Shown: piece by piece, positions 8,525-16,561 of the stretch
How positions within the stretch are numbered: the stretch's first letter is position 1
How the letters are laid out: the number at the start of each line of letters is the position of its first letter
IMG/VR virus record: IMGVR_UViG_3300045912_000109
Coordinates: 1-50,049 of that record
Source of the DNA: a virus
Lineage: Duplodnaviria > Caudoviricetes
Strand: one strand, 5' to 3'
DNA length: 50,049 nt
Position numbers and translations under genes: made by a program
The notes under the pieces: generated by a model
Database searches by the model: none
Seen by the model: only the letters and a program-made list of their open reading frames with translations
What the model was told of the DNA's origin: nothing

Positions 8525-9382
8525 TCACAACCAGCCCTCCTGAGCGGCGAACCGCTCGACTTCCTTGCGCTCGAATTTGTGGCATCCGATTGTCACGCTA
8601 TCGGAACCGATAGCGCAAAGCTCGAATGGTCCGACATTGTGAGTTTCGACATCACGAACCCACTCTTTGCCTTCATCCCACATGCGGTTGATAAACATGA
8701 AGGAACGCTTGGCGTCCTCATATTTGACTTCCGCTCCATGGGAAGTCTGAACGACAATCGAATTGTGGCGATGAATGCGCCGAAGCAGAGGCGGAATTTT
8801 CATAAGGTATCTGTTCGGGTGAAAGCTATCATCAGAAAAGAATCTCTTAACGCTTTTCTCGATGCTTTCTTTTTCCTTTGATTTCTTTTTCTCAGCCATG
8901 CTTCGCCGTTTTTCGGCCAGCTTTTGGAGCACGGATCGTGTTTCCTCATTGGCTAGAGGATTCTCCAGCCCGTAGAAGGCGCAAAGCTCTTCAATCTCTC
9001 GTGAGATGGCATGAGCTTTGAAGATTTGACGCGCACTCGTTCGAGAACGCTTTACCGCTTCGACAGATTCGTTAAAATCTGCGACACGGGCGCGGAGAAT
9101 CTCTTGCGGGGAAGGATTCATTCGCAGTTCTGGAGCATAGAACACTGGCACCCCAAAAGGAATAGAGCGTCTGGCAAAATTGATATGCTTTGCCGTAGTT
9201 GGCCCCCACTTATCCTTTGTGAAGAGAGCGGCGCGGTTCCCACGCTCGTTCATAACGAAACGAGCGATCGGAAAATGCCGACCATAGGAGTAGATCGTAG
9301 TTCCTTCAAAGAAGAAGTTGCTCCCTTTGCCATAATTTTTATTTTGTGATGCCCACAAATGGGCCACTTGCATGTTATTCAT
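8525..9382 (-). CDS. Hypothetical phage protein (putative early gene)
   Basis: VAHLWA...TIYSYGRHFPIA...TTAKH motifs. Confidence 0.8.
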   Translation of the reverse strand: MNNMQVAHLWASQNKNYGKGSNFFFEGTTIYSYGRHFPIARFVMNERGNRAALFTKDKWGPTTAKHINFARRSIPFGVPVFYAPELRMNPSPQEILRARVADFNESVEAVKRSRTSARQIFKAHAISREIEELCAFYGLENPLANEETRSVLQKLAEKRRSMAEKKKSKEKESIEKSVKRFFSDDSFHPNRYLMKIPPLLRRIHRHNSIVVQTSHGAEVKYEDAKRSFMFINRMWDEGKEWVRDVETHNVGPFELCAIGSDSVTIGCHKFERKEVERFAAQEGWL

Positions 9383-9611
9383 TTTTTTGGTTCTTTCTTG
9401 GTTTGTTGGTTTTTGACGGCTCTGCATTTACCACGGGCTTGCCACCGTTCCACTATCGTAACCGATAGTGAAGCTGCATTACCCGAGCCACGAGCGAAAC
9501 GAATCTCGCAAGCGGCCCGGAAAACCAAACCATAACCAAACCATAAACTGACTTTTCAAAGAACAACGTGGTAAGCATGAAAAGAATAGGACTTTTCTCG
9601 ACCACAGAAAA

Positions 9612-9640
9612 AGTGTAGCAAAAATGCTACTTTATGTCAA
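9612..9640 (-). promoter_or_regulatory. Leftward promoter with operator GTAGCA-AAAA-TGCTAC (9615-9630)
   Basis: Minus strand TTGACA-17 nt-TACACT, heading the 9.4-4.7 kb leftward gene run. Confidence 0.75.
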
Positions 9641-9697
9641 GCGGTTTGAAGCACTTTTCTCTTGTGTCCCGCTATCGTATCCGATAGTATTTTCATC

Positions 9698-10651
9698 ATG
9701 CCTGAGAAAGTGAAGCGATGGGATTGGCCGTTGGCCTTTAGTTTGTATTGCGCCGGGATGGGGCCGAAAGAGATCGCCAATCTTCCCGAGTTTCGCGGGC
9801 TGTCGGAGAAAAGCCTTGCTAACGCCATTGTAAAGCAGGGATGGGCGAAGGCCCGAGAGAAGCACCAGATGGAGCGAGCGGTTTATCTCACGAGCAATCT
9901 GCAAGAGGCCCGGAAGGTGGCGATAGAAAAGCATTACAAGTTCCTGCTGCAAGAGGTAGAGTTAGAGCGAAAGGTGATAGAGCAGCGGGTGAAGACCGGG
10001 AAGACGAATGAGCAGACCGCCCGGTTGGAGATATTGAAGCGATATGTTGAACTTGCAGAGAAGGCTTTAGGGATAGAGGGGGAGAAAACGGGCGATCCAA
10101 AACGTGATGGGGATCGCTGGCTGATTGCCATACAAGTCAATGGGGAATCTGTTCCCGTAAAAACGGCGGAAGAACAAAGCCCTACAAGCGGTTTTAATCC
10201 CTTATCCGCTATCGTGACCCTACCGACGATTAAAAACGCCGCACAGGGCCACGTAGAGCCGGGAAACGGCATGTCTGAAACACATCACAAAGCCGACAAT
10301 GAACAAAACCCCGAAAAAACGCCGGACTCCACCCACCAACCCGATGATTTTTTAATAAACCCACCCGCCGAAAACAAACAATATCGAAACAATAACCACC
10401 CCACACAAAAAGCCAGCCGACTCCCAGCAATCCCACCATTAAACGCAACCCCGGAAGAAATACTCTTCACCCACCGAGGAGAAGAACCACCCGATGAACA
10501 ACCTGCCGATGAACAACCGCCCGATGAAGAACTATCGGAACCGATAGTAAAACCAACACCACGAAAAACAAACTTCCCCATTCTCCGCCAAAGACCAAAA
10601 CCAAAAGGAAAATCATGGGGCAGACCCAAAACCCAAAACCCCAAAAAATAA
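9698..10651 (+). CDS. HTH protein, candidate terminase small subunit, with low-complexity C-terminal tail
   Basis: AFSLYCAGMGPKEIA...LSEKSL...KQGW HTH followed by helical oligomerisation-like segment; P/K/N/Q-rich tail with EEPPD/EQPAD/EQPPD repeats. Confidence 0.5.
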   Translation: MPEKVKRWDWPLAFSLYCAGMGPKEIANLPEFRGLSEKSLANAIVKQGWAKAREKHQMERAVYLTSNLQEARKVAIEKHYKFLLQEVELERKVIEQRVKTGKTNEQTARLEILKRYVELAEKALGIEGEKTGDPKRDGDRWLIAIQVNGESVPVKTAEEQSPTSGFNPLSAIVTLPTIKNAAQGHVEPGNGMSETHHKADNEQNPEKTPDSTHQPDDFLINPPAENKQYRNNNHPTQKASRLPAIPPLNATPEEILFTHRGEEPPDEQPADEQPPDEELSEPIVKPTPRKTNFPILRQRPKPKGKSWGRPKTQNPKK

Positions 10652-10658
10652 AGACACA

Positions 10659-10699
10659 AAAAAAGACCCGGCAGCTTACCGCCACCGGGCCTCTTTTGC
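10659..10699. terminator. Bidirectional terminator
   Basis: A-run, CCCGG...CCGGG stem, CTCTTTT between convergent genes. Confidence 0.6.
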
Positions 10700-10706
10700 T
10701 TCTGGT

Positions 10707-11537
10707 TCACTCCCCCTTTGCCTTGCCGGCTTTCTCAATCATGCGCTTTTGATTGCGCACGATTTCCAGTTCCTTCTCTTCCGCTTCACTCACGAAACGG
10801 AAACTGCCGCGCACCGTCAACGCCTTAGAAGCGCGGAAAGCATTCCGCAGCATGGCGGACACGTCCGACAGCGTGACCTTGCGGTCTGCCACCTGAGAGG
10901 CGACAAACTCGCAAGCCAACCGGCAGCTTTCCGCCGGAGACAGCTTGGCTTTTTCGTCCGACTTGCCGCCCTTGCCGCCATCGCTCTCTTTTTTCGGAGA
11001 GCGTGACTTGCTTTCAATAAAGCCGTCCGCTTCCGCTTTAGAGCGTAGCTGCTCCAACGCTCCGCTCCCCTTGTCAGAGTTAAGAGCATCAGTCAGCAAC
11101 GGGCGCGCTGCCTTGGTTTCAAGTAACGTTTTAAGGTTGCCCGATCCTAGACGGCTTCTTATCGCTTCGATGTGTCGCACGGGAAAACCGTTTTCCCGTA
11201 AGGCAATCGCTATCTTTCTTTCTTGGCCCAACTGGTGCGCCCGGCCTAAAGAGAAAGAAACGCTCACCCTCTCCTTAAAAGAGGGCCACGACTCATCAGG
11301 AACCAATGATGCCAAAATGGCGCAGTTGTCTTTGCCAGATTGGCACAATCGATCAAAATGATCGATGAGCGTGCAGAATTCGCCCTCTCCGCTAAGACGG
11401 GCTTTTTCAATGCGGCCCGTATCGTCAAACGATATATCTTTTAATATATCGTTAACACTCCGCGAATCAAGTGCGACTTCAGCTTTAGCGTTATTCTTGC
11501 GCTTTGCAAGTGTCTTAGTGTTTGTGTTTGTGTTCAT
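10707..11537 (-). CDS. Hypothetical basic protein
   Basis: 276-aa ORF; leftward TTGACA...TATCCT promoter near 11703-11730. Confidence 0.7.
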   Translation of the reverse strand: MNTNTNTKTLAKRKNNAKAEVALDSRSVNDILKDISFDDTGRIEKARLSGEGEFCTLIDHFDRLCQSGKDNCAILASLVPDESWPSFKERVSVSFSLGRAHQLGQERKIAIALRENGFPVRHIEAIRSRLGSGNLKTLLETKAARPLLTDALNSDKGSGALEQLRSKAEADGFIESKSRSPKKESDGGKGGKSDEKAKLSPAESCRLACEFVASQVADRKVTLSDVSAMLRNAFRASKALTVRGSFRFVSEAEEKELEIVRNQKRMIEKAGKAKGE

Positions 11538-11835
11538 TATTTTTCCTTTCTTGTTGCGTTTATCTTATCCCTGCCGCTATCGGAAACGACAGCGAACAAG
11601 CAAGAATAAGATTGCGCAACAAAAGGAAAGTGAACCTTTTTGTTTTGGGAAAGATCTGATGTTGGATTCTTGGTGGATAGAACCGAACCAGCCAACAGTG
11701 AGAGGATAGCAGAAACGTGCCTTGTGTCAATAGGTTTTTGCCCGGATTTCTGATAAACAAAAACCCGCGCTGGATTGCTCCAACGCGGGTCTGGCCGTCC
11801 CCGTCTATGTCTCCAATGCCTTTCGGCAAAAAACG

Positions 11836-12114
11836 TTAACGCCGTTTAATGTGTGCCGCTTTGCGGGCGGCGTCAGCGGTTTCTCCTATGGCCGAAAGCC
11901 AAGGATATTTTCCTTGGCAGTAGGCTACGACGCTGAAACGTAGGTAGTAGTAACTCCCATTGGGCAGCCGTGTTGTCCATCCAATAAGATTCCACAAGTT
12001 GCCCAGCCGGGGGGCGGTGAAAATGTCCTGCTCAGGATCGGGCAAGACTCCTAATTCTTTTAAGATTTTCATGGGTGTTACAGGCCTTTCACCCGTTCGC
12101 CCCGGAAGGTTCAC
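11836..12114 (-). CDS. Hypothetical protein
   Basis: ORF between a leftward TTGACA (~12204-12209) and a hairpin terminator (~11760-11790); start uncertain. Confidence 0.45.
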   Translation of the reverse strand: MNLPGRTGERPVTPMKILKELGVLPDPEQDIFTAPRLGNLWNLIGWTTRLPNGSYYYLRFSVVAYCQGKYPWLSAIGETADAARKAAHIKRR

Positions 12115-12259
12115 TGATCCCTACACGCGCCGGAGTTCCGCGCTTCGGGAACCTAGGCCAACCACAGCCTAGGTAGTTTCATTCTCGCCTATCCTGCGGA
12201 AATGTCAACAAAATACATGCCCGAACATATCAATTTTCCACTATCGGAGACGATAGCAA

Positions 12260-12776
12260 CGCAAGCCACCAGCACCAGCACCAAGGGAACAACGTGCCAG
12301 CACTAGGCCAGCGGGAACCAGCACCAAGATCAGAAACAGGCAAGCGGATCACCACCAAGGGAACCAACAACAAGGAATCCCTTTTTTCCAGCAGACACAC
12401 CAACCCACCACACCACCCATACCCCCCGGAGCCGGGAGGCTGCCAACGCTATACCCCCACCCAACGAAAAAAACCAACGAAAAAAACCCGCGAAAAAACC
12501 AGAGAAAAAACCCTTCCAAAACCACCCCCAAAGACTACTTCAAAAACCACCCTAAAAACCACCCCTAGAGACCACTCCTAAAGACCGCTCAGCAAGGAAA
12601 GCCTTACGAACCTCTGCTAGAGCTACTCTGCGGTTTATCTTTACGCGGGTGGGGGGAGTATCTTCATGCAGATACAGTAGGCGGTAGAATCTTTTTTGGT
12701 GGTGGTGGGGTGGTATTTTGTGTGGTGTTGTGTTTTGTGTGTGTGGGGTGGGGTTGTTTTGGTGTTGTGGTTATGG
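12260..12776. other. Non-coding low-complexity region with strand-skew switch (A/C-rich, then G/T-rich)
   Basis: AAAACCACCC-type runs to ~12590, then GGTGGTGGGG/TGTGTTTTG runs from ~12690. Confidence 0.8.
12631..12659 (-). repeat. Degenerate type I-E-like CRISPR repeat
   Basis: Minus strand ACTCCCCCCACCCGCGTAAAGATAAACCG: intact ATAAACCG handle, stem broken by GGG>AAA. Confidence 0.55.
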
Positions 12777-12867
12777 CGGCTCATCCCCACGATGGTGGGG
12801 AACGCGGCAGGCTCCGGGCTGCCAGTCCATGACCTGCGCGGTCCATCCCCACGATGGTGGGGAGAGC
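12777..12867 (-). CRISPR. Cas-less type I-E-like mini-array (2 repeats, 1 spacer)
   Basis: Minus strand GCTCTCCCCACCATCGTGGGGATGGACCG, 33-nt spacer CGCAGGTCATGGACTGGCAGCCCGGAGCCTGCC, GCGTTCCCCACCATCGTGGGGATGAGCCG. 29-nt repeats with CCCCAC/GTGGGG stem and 8-nt handle, as in I-E repeats. Confidence 0.88.
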
Positions 12868-12875
12868 GCAATGGC

Positions 12876-12904
12876 ACTTTCGCTGAAATTTTTGTTTTCG
12901 TCAA
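12876..12904 (-). promoter_or_regulatory. Promoter for the mini-array
   Basis: Minus strand TTGACG-17 nt-GAAAGT, predicted start 1-3 nt before the first repeat; A-rich upstream tract. Confidence 0.6.
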
Positions 12905-12982
12905 GAGATTTTTTTGATTTTTTTTCACTATCGTTTCCGATAGTTGGGTTGTGTGGGGTTTTGAAAAGCGGGGTGGGTGGTG

Positions 12983-13180
12983 TTATTGGGTTAGCTTTTT
13001 TCGGGCTTCTTTGAGGATATTGACACGCCTCTCGGCTGCCCGGTAGTTCTTGATTGCGCGTTGCAGTTTTTTTCGGGCTTTGCATTTCTTCCATTGGGCG
13101 CGGCGTATGAGGGAATCCAATCCCAACAGCAGATAAATGTCCGGCGTTTGTTTCTGTTGTGGGGATGAGGGGGTGTTCAT
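12983..13180 (-). CDS. Small basic hypothetical protein
   Basis: ATG overlaps the MTase stop (ATGA); MNTPSSPQQK... Confidence 0.5.
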   Translation of the reverse strand: MNTPSSPQQKQTPDIYLLLGLDSLIRRAQWKKCKARKKLQRAIKNYRAAERRVNILKEARKKLTQ

Positions 13181-13860
13181 TCGTTTGGGAAACAAAAACT
13201 TTGCTGCGCTGTTTCCCGATCAATCCGCTCGCAAGCTGCTTTGAAGTAGTCTTTGTCGATTTCGCAGGCGGTTAGGTGGAGTCGTGCATAGTGGCAGGCG
13301 ATAGCGATGGAGCCGCTGCCCATGTGGGTGTCGAGGATCGTCTGACCCGGCTTGGCGTAGTTTGCCAGCAGCCATGAGTAGAGCTTAACTGGCTTTTGCG
13401 TTGGGTGGATGCGATTTTCCCCCATAGGACGACATGCGTATTTTTTGACAGGGCTTTTGAAACTCGTCCACGCAAGTTCCGCTGCTGCTAAAGAAAACTT
13501 GTGCGGCTGCTGTTTGTCCCATATCAGCCAGCACGGGGAGTTTAGCGGCATCATTTCGATGAAGTGGTTTGCACCCCACACGATTTGATTTTTTGAAACG
13601 CGCTGGAGTTCGGTAAAGTATTTTTGATCTGGTGGCTTAGAGTCCCAATCTTTTTTTGCCTGCTTCTGTCTTACAGGATTTGCCGCCATTCCGATCCCAT
13701 AAGGCGGATCAATAATCGCCAGATCGAAGTGTTTGTCAGGATATTCTGCCATGAGTTCCATGCAGTCCATACAACGGATGTCCAGAAATTCCCGGACAAA
13801 TCGATTGACCGGATGCTTGCCAGCGTCCACGTTGGCTATTGATTGCGTTTCTTGCTTCAT
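13177..13860 (-). CDS. DNA N6-adenine/N4-cytosine methyltransferase (beta class)
   Basis: DLAIIDPPY, HPTQKP, LDTHMGSGS, CEID. Confidence 0.92.
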   Translation of the reverse strand: MKQETQSIANVDAGKHPVNRFVREFLDIRCMDCMELMAEYPDKHFDLAIIDPPYGIGMAANPVRQKQAKKDWDSKPPDQKYFTELQRVSKNQIVWGANHFIEMMPLNSPCWLIWDKQQPHKFSLAAAELAWTSFKSPVKKYACRPMGENRIHPTQKPVKLYSWLLANYAKPGQTILDTHMGSGSIAIACHYARLHLTACEIDKDYFKAACERIDRETAQQSFCFPNE

Positions 13861-13899
13861 TGTTTGTCCTCCGGCTGTGAGTCCCGTTTGGCGTTCAAA
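13791..13899 (+). repeat. Degenerate attC-like site A
   Basis: CCCGGAC-AAATC-GATTGACC...GGC-GTTCAAA; interior shares ~35 bp with site C. Confidence 0.5.
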
Positions 13900-13929
13900 A
13901 TTCCACCCATTCAAGCATAGCGTCTGTGT

Positions 13930-14307
13930 TCATTGTGCTGGAACCTCGAAAACGTGGTGTCCCCCTCGCCGTGAGCTATGCCAATAGCACGGCCAGAAAC
14001 AGGGATTTTGTCGAAGGGCGTTAATGATCTCCTCGTTGCCGGACCATCCCCCCGTGGAAATGCTATATCGGACAACTGGCCTCTTTAGGTCGTTCTCGGT
14101 TTCTTCTACTCTCCACCCCCAATCGGAGTATTCCCACGCGCTTTTGATAATATCGAACACTTCGTGCGGGTGCATGACGTTGTCCAGTGGCATGTTTTTT
14201 AACCATGAAAGAAAATCCTCCGACGGATAACCTTCTTCATCCAGAAGCTCCCCGTTGAAGGGCTCGAATGGTTGTTGGTCTTTTTGCAAATCCCGTCCGT
14301 TTTTCAT
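13930..14307 (-). CDS. Hypothetical phage protein
   Basis: LDEEGYPS...STGGWSGNEEIINAL...RGGHH; coupled by ATGA overlap. Confidence 0.8.
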   Translation of the reverse strand: MKNGRDLQKDQQPFEPFNGELLDEEGYPSEDFLSWLKNMPLDNVMHPHEVFDIIKSAWEYSDWGWRVEETENDLKRPVVRYSISTGGWSGNEEIINALRQNPCFWPCYWHSSRRGGHHVFEVPAQ

Positions 14308-15098
14308 AAAGGCAACACTTCTTGCGCGAGACGCCGAACGGCTATCTCAAAATACTTTTGTTCCTTTTCAATACCGATGTATCCACGTCCTTCCAGCTTG
14401 GCTGCAAGGCATGTCGTCCCGCTTCCCATGCACGGGTCAAGCACCGTATCTCCGGGGTTTGTGTAGGTTCGCACCATGTAGCGCATAAGTGCGAGCGGCT
14501 TCTGCGTTGGGTGCAACCCGACCTCACAGTTGAACTTCTGCCACGATGACGGAACACGCATTTCTGGGAGTTTCTGGTGGTCGCGCCCTTCAAACTCGCG
14601 GTAGTTGTCCGACTGCGAGCGGAACGCTACTCCGTATTTCACACGGTCAGCCCCGCCTCCCGTCCTTTCCTGCATTTGTTTGTTGTATGTCCACTTCTTT
14701 TCTGCAAACACCAGCACAGATTCATGCTCCTTCATTGGCTCGCGCACCGTGTTTGCAAAGTTGCTACCACGATTTTTGATCCATATCCATTCATGGCGGA
14801 AACAAGGCAGATTGCTCATAACCATACGGGATGCGAAAGGTTGGCTCGCAGTCGTTACCACTGCACCACGGCACACGCGCATTGCTTCCACCCACCACGC
14901 TTCCACAGGAAACGGTGTGTCCCACTTGTTGCTTGTCATCCCATACGGCAAATCCGTGATGATTGCATCCACCGATTTGTCCGGCAGGGTTTTCATTACG
15001 TCTAGGCAATCGCCAAGAATCAAATCACTTTTTGCGCGATCCACCAAATGGCTGCCCGCCGTCACGCTGGCTGCTGGATTAGTTTTTTGGTCCATCAT
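14304..15098 (-). CDS. DNA N6-adenine/N4-cytosine methyltransferase (beta class)
   Basis: GDCLDVM, ITDLPY, HPTQKP, LDPCMGSGTT, GIE. Confidence 0.92.
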   Translation of the reverse strand: MMDQKTNPAASVTAGSHLVDRAKSDLILGDCLDVMKTLPDKSVDAIITDLPYGMTSNKWDTPFPVEAWWVEAMRVCRGAVVTTASQPFASRMVMSNLPCFRHEWIWIKNRGSNFANTVREPMKEHESVLVFAEKKWTYNKQMQERTGGGADRVKYGVAFRSQSDNYREFEGRDHQKLPEMRVPSSWQKFNCEVGLHPTQKPLALMRYMVRTYTNPGDTVLDPCMGSGTTCLAAKLEGRGYIGIEKEQKYFEIAVRRLAQEVLPL

Positions 15099-15134
15099 TT
15101 TTTCTCAGAGTTTTGGTGATCTTGATCGTTAGCG
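15038..15134 (+). repeat. attC-like site B (R'' box lost)
   Basis: L'' GATCCACC (8 nt) ... L' GGTGATC (7 nt), 6 nt, R' GTTAGCG. Confidence 0.65.
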
Positions 15135-15839
15135 AAATAGGGTCGCAATAACATCAGCGTCTTCCGGTTTGCTTTCAATATCTCCAAGACTGACCGATTT
15201 TCCCCACACCGAAACGCTTATTCCATTCTCGGTGTTTTGTATCGAACAGAATCCAGCACTCGTCACTGGTTCATGGTATGATCCCGCCGCCGCCTTGTGC
15301 GTGATTGGGTCGTTAAAAATCATTGGGAAGTCCTCTCCGAATATGATGTATTTTGCTTGCATAGAAATTTTCTGTGTTGCAGAGCACGTTTCCGTAAGGG
15401 ACTGCTCCTCTTGAACGTTGGCTACCCCTAATCGCCGCCTAACCCTGAGCGGAGCTTGGTCTAGTTTAGCGAGAAAGTTTTCCGCCGCTCTTTCGATTGT
15501 TGAACCGTATCCGTATGGAATTTTTTGCGCCCACTGAAATCTACCTTGCGCTTCATGCTCTATAGTAAATGCCCATCGAAAATCCTCCCTGCCGCCGTTT
15601 CCGGTTCCTCGGCAGATATACGGTTTGCCGTATTCAGCCGCTTTTTGAACTGCTGATACTGCTAATTTACTTCGCTGGACAATTTGGCATATTTCCATCA
15701 ATTCGGATTCTAGGAGCCTCAACCCATGATTATTGTGCAAATACTCCCATAATTCGTATAAATACGAACTGCGAACAATGCGATCCACCGAATAGCTGCC
15801 CTCCGTCACGCTGGCTGCTGACTTCGTTTCTTGCTTCAT
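15129..15839 (-). CDS. Hypothetical protein, probably a fusion of two cassette ORFs
   Basis: Starts with shared leader MKQETKSAASVTEGS; internal linker ANVQEEQSLTETCSA precedes a second Met (MQAKYIIF). Confidence 0.65.
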   Translation of the reverse strand: MKQETKSAASVTEGSYSVDRIVRSSYLYELWEYLHNNHGLRLLESELMEICQIVQRSKLAVSAVQKAAEYGKPYICRGTGNGGREDFRWAFTIEHEAQGRFQWAQKIPYGYGSTIERAAENFLAKLDQAPLRVRRRLGVANVQEEQSLTETCSATQKISMQAKYIIFGEDFPMIFNDPITHKAAAGSYHEPVTSAGFCSIQNTENGISVSVWGKSVSLGDIESKPEDADVIATLFR

Positions 15840-15878
15840 TGTTTTTTCTCCGGCTGTTGATGATCACGGGCGTTCGGC
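15770..15878 (+). repeat. Complete attC-like site C (109 bp)
   Basis: R'' TGCGAAC, 5 nt, L'' GATCCACC, GAATAGC ... GCTGTT, L' GATGATC, 6 nt, R' GTTCGGC; extra unpaired bases fall on the L'' arm. Confidence 0.72.
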
Positions 15879-15880
15879 AT

Positions 15881-16090
15881 CTAGTCTGGAATTATGCCGT
15901 TCGCCAGACAGCTAGCCGTGTTTGCAGCGTGGTTCGCGGCGCGTTTAACTCGCTTGAGTTCCTCTTCGAGTCGAGCGATCTTTTCAAATGCGTTGATCAG
16001 TGCGCCTTTGATTTCGGCGTCTGTCAGAGGCCGATTCATGGTGTTGATTTCATAAAGGGCTTCTTTTGCTGTGCAGTATTGCAGGTTCAT
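15881..16090 (-). CDS. Small coiled-coil hypothetical protein
   Basis: 69-aa ORF whose stop lies 2 nt from R' of site C. Confidence 0.6.
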   Translation of the reverse strand: MNLQYCTAKEALYEINTMNRPLTDAEIKGALINAFEKIARLEEELKRVKRAANHAANTASCLANGIIPD

Positions 16091-16128
16091 AGGATGTTCC
16101 TTTCAATGATGCCAAATTGTTTGGCGTT

Positions 16129-16419
16129 TTATTGGCTGTTTTTTTGCCGCTCAATGGATTCGTTGTCGGAAGCATATCGCAGCCACCATTCCTGATAGCG
16201 GAATTTGGGTTTCCCGGTTTTGTCTTTGCCGACCTCTTCAAAGCCGGACACCATGATGCCGTCGGCCCCGATAAAATCGACTCGGGCTCTTTCGATTGTT
16301 GCCACAGCCACTTTCCCATCCTTGTCCATAGCAAGCGCAAAGCCGTCTCTGGACAATGAGAACCGGCCAATGCAGATTTTTTTCGGCTCAGGCTCCTGAG
16401 CATAGATTTCGTAGATCAT
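16129..16419 (-). CDS. Hypothetical protein
   Basis: 96-aa ORF, GIMVSGFEE...YQEWWL. Confidence 0.7.
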   Translation of the reverse strand: MIYEIYAQEPEPKKICIGRFSLSRDGFALAMDKDGKVAVATIERARVDFIGADGIMVSGFEEVGKDKTGKPKFRYQEWWLRYASDNESIERQKNSQ

Positions 16420-16477
16420 GTTAATTTCCTTTACTTGAGCCAGCGGTAAGAGTCTTGGTTGAGTTGATGTAGGCAGT

Positions 16478-16561
16478 TTTCATAACGGTAAAACTTCTTG
16501 CGCGAGACGCCGAACAGTTACCCGCTGGCACGTCGGATGCTGGATTAGGTTTTTTCTTCAT
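16478..16561 (-). pseudogene. Internally deleted methyltransferase cassette remnant
   Basis: Leader MKKKPNPASDVPAGN joined to the MTase tail VRRLAQEVLPL*; 16493-16515 is identical to 14317-14339. Confidence 0.7.

Noticed and set aside
12294-13014. Short ORFs over the low-complexity/CRISPR region
   Set aside because: Products of compositional skew (K/T/P or G/V/F runs); no credible proteins.
13159-13172. GTGGGGATGAG half CRISPR repeat (similar partial matches near 1364 and 48404)
   Set aside because: No matching CCCCAC arm or complete handle.
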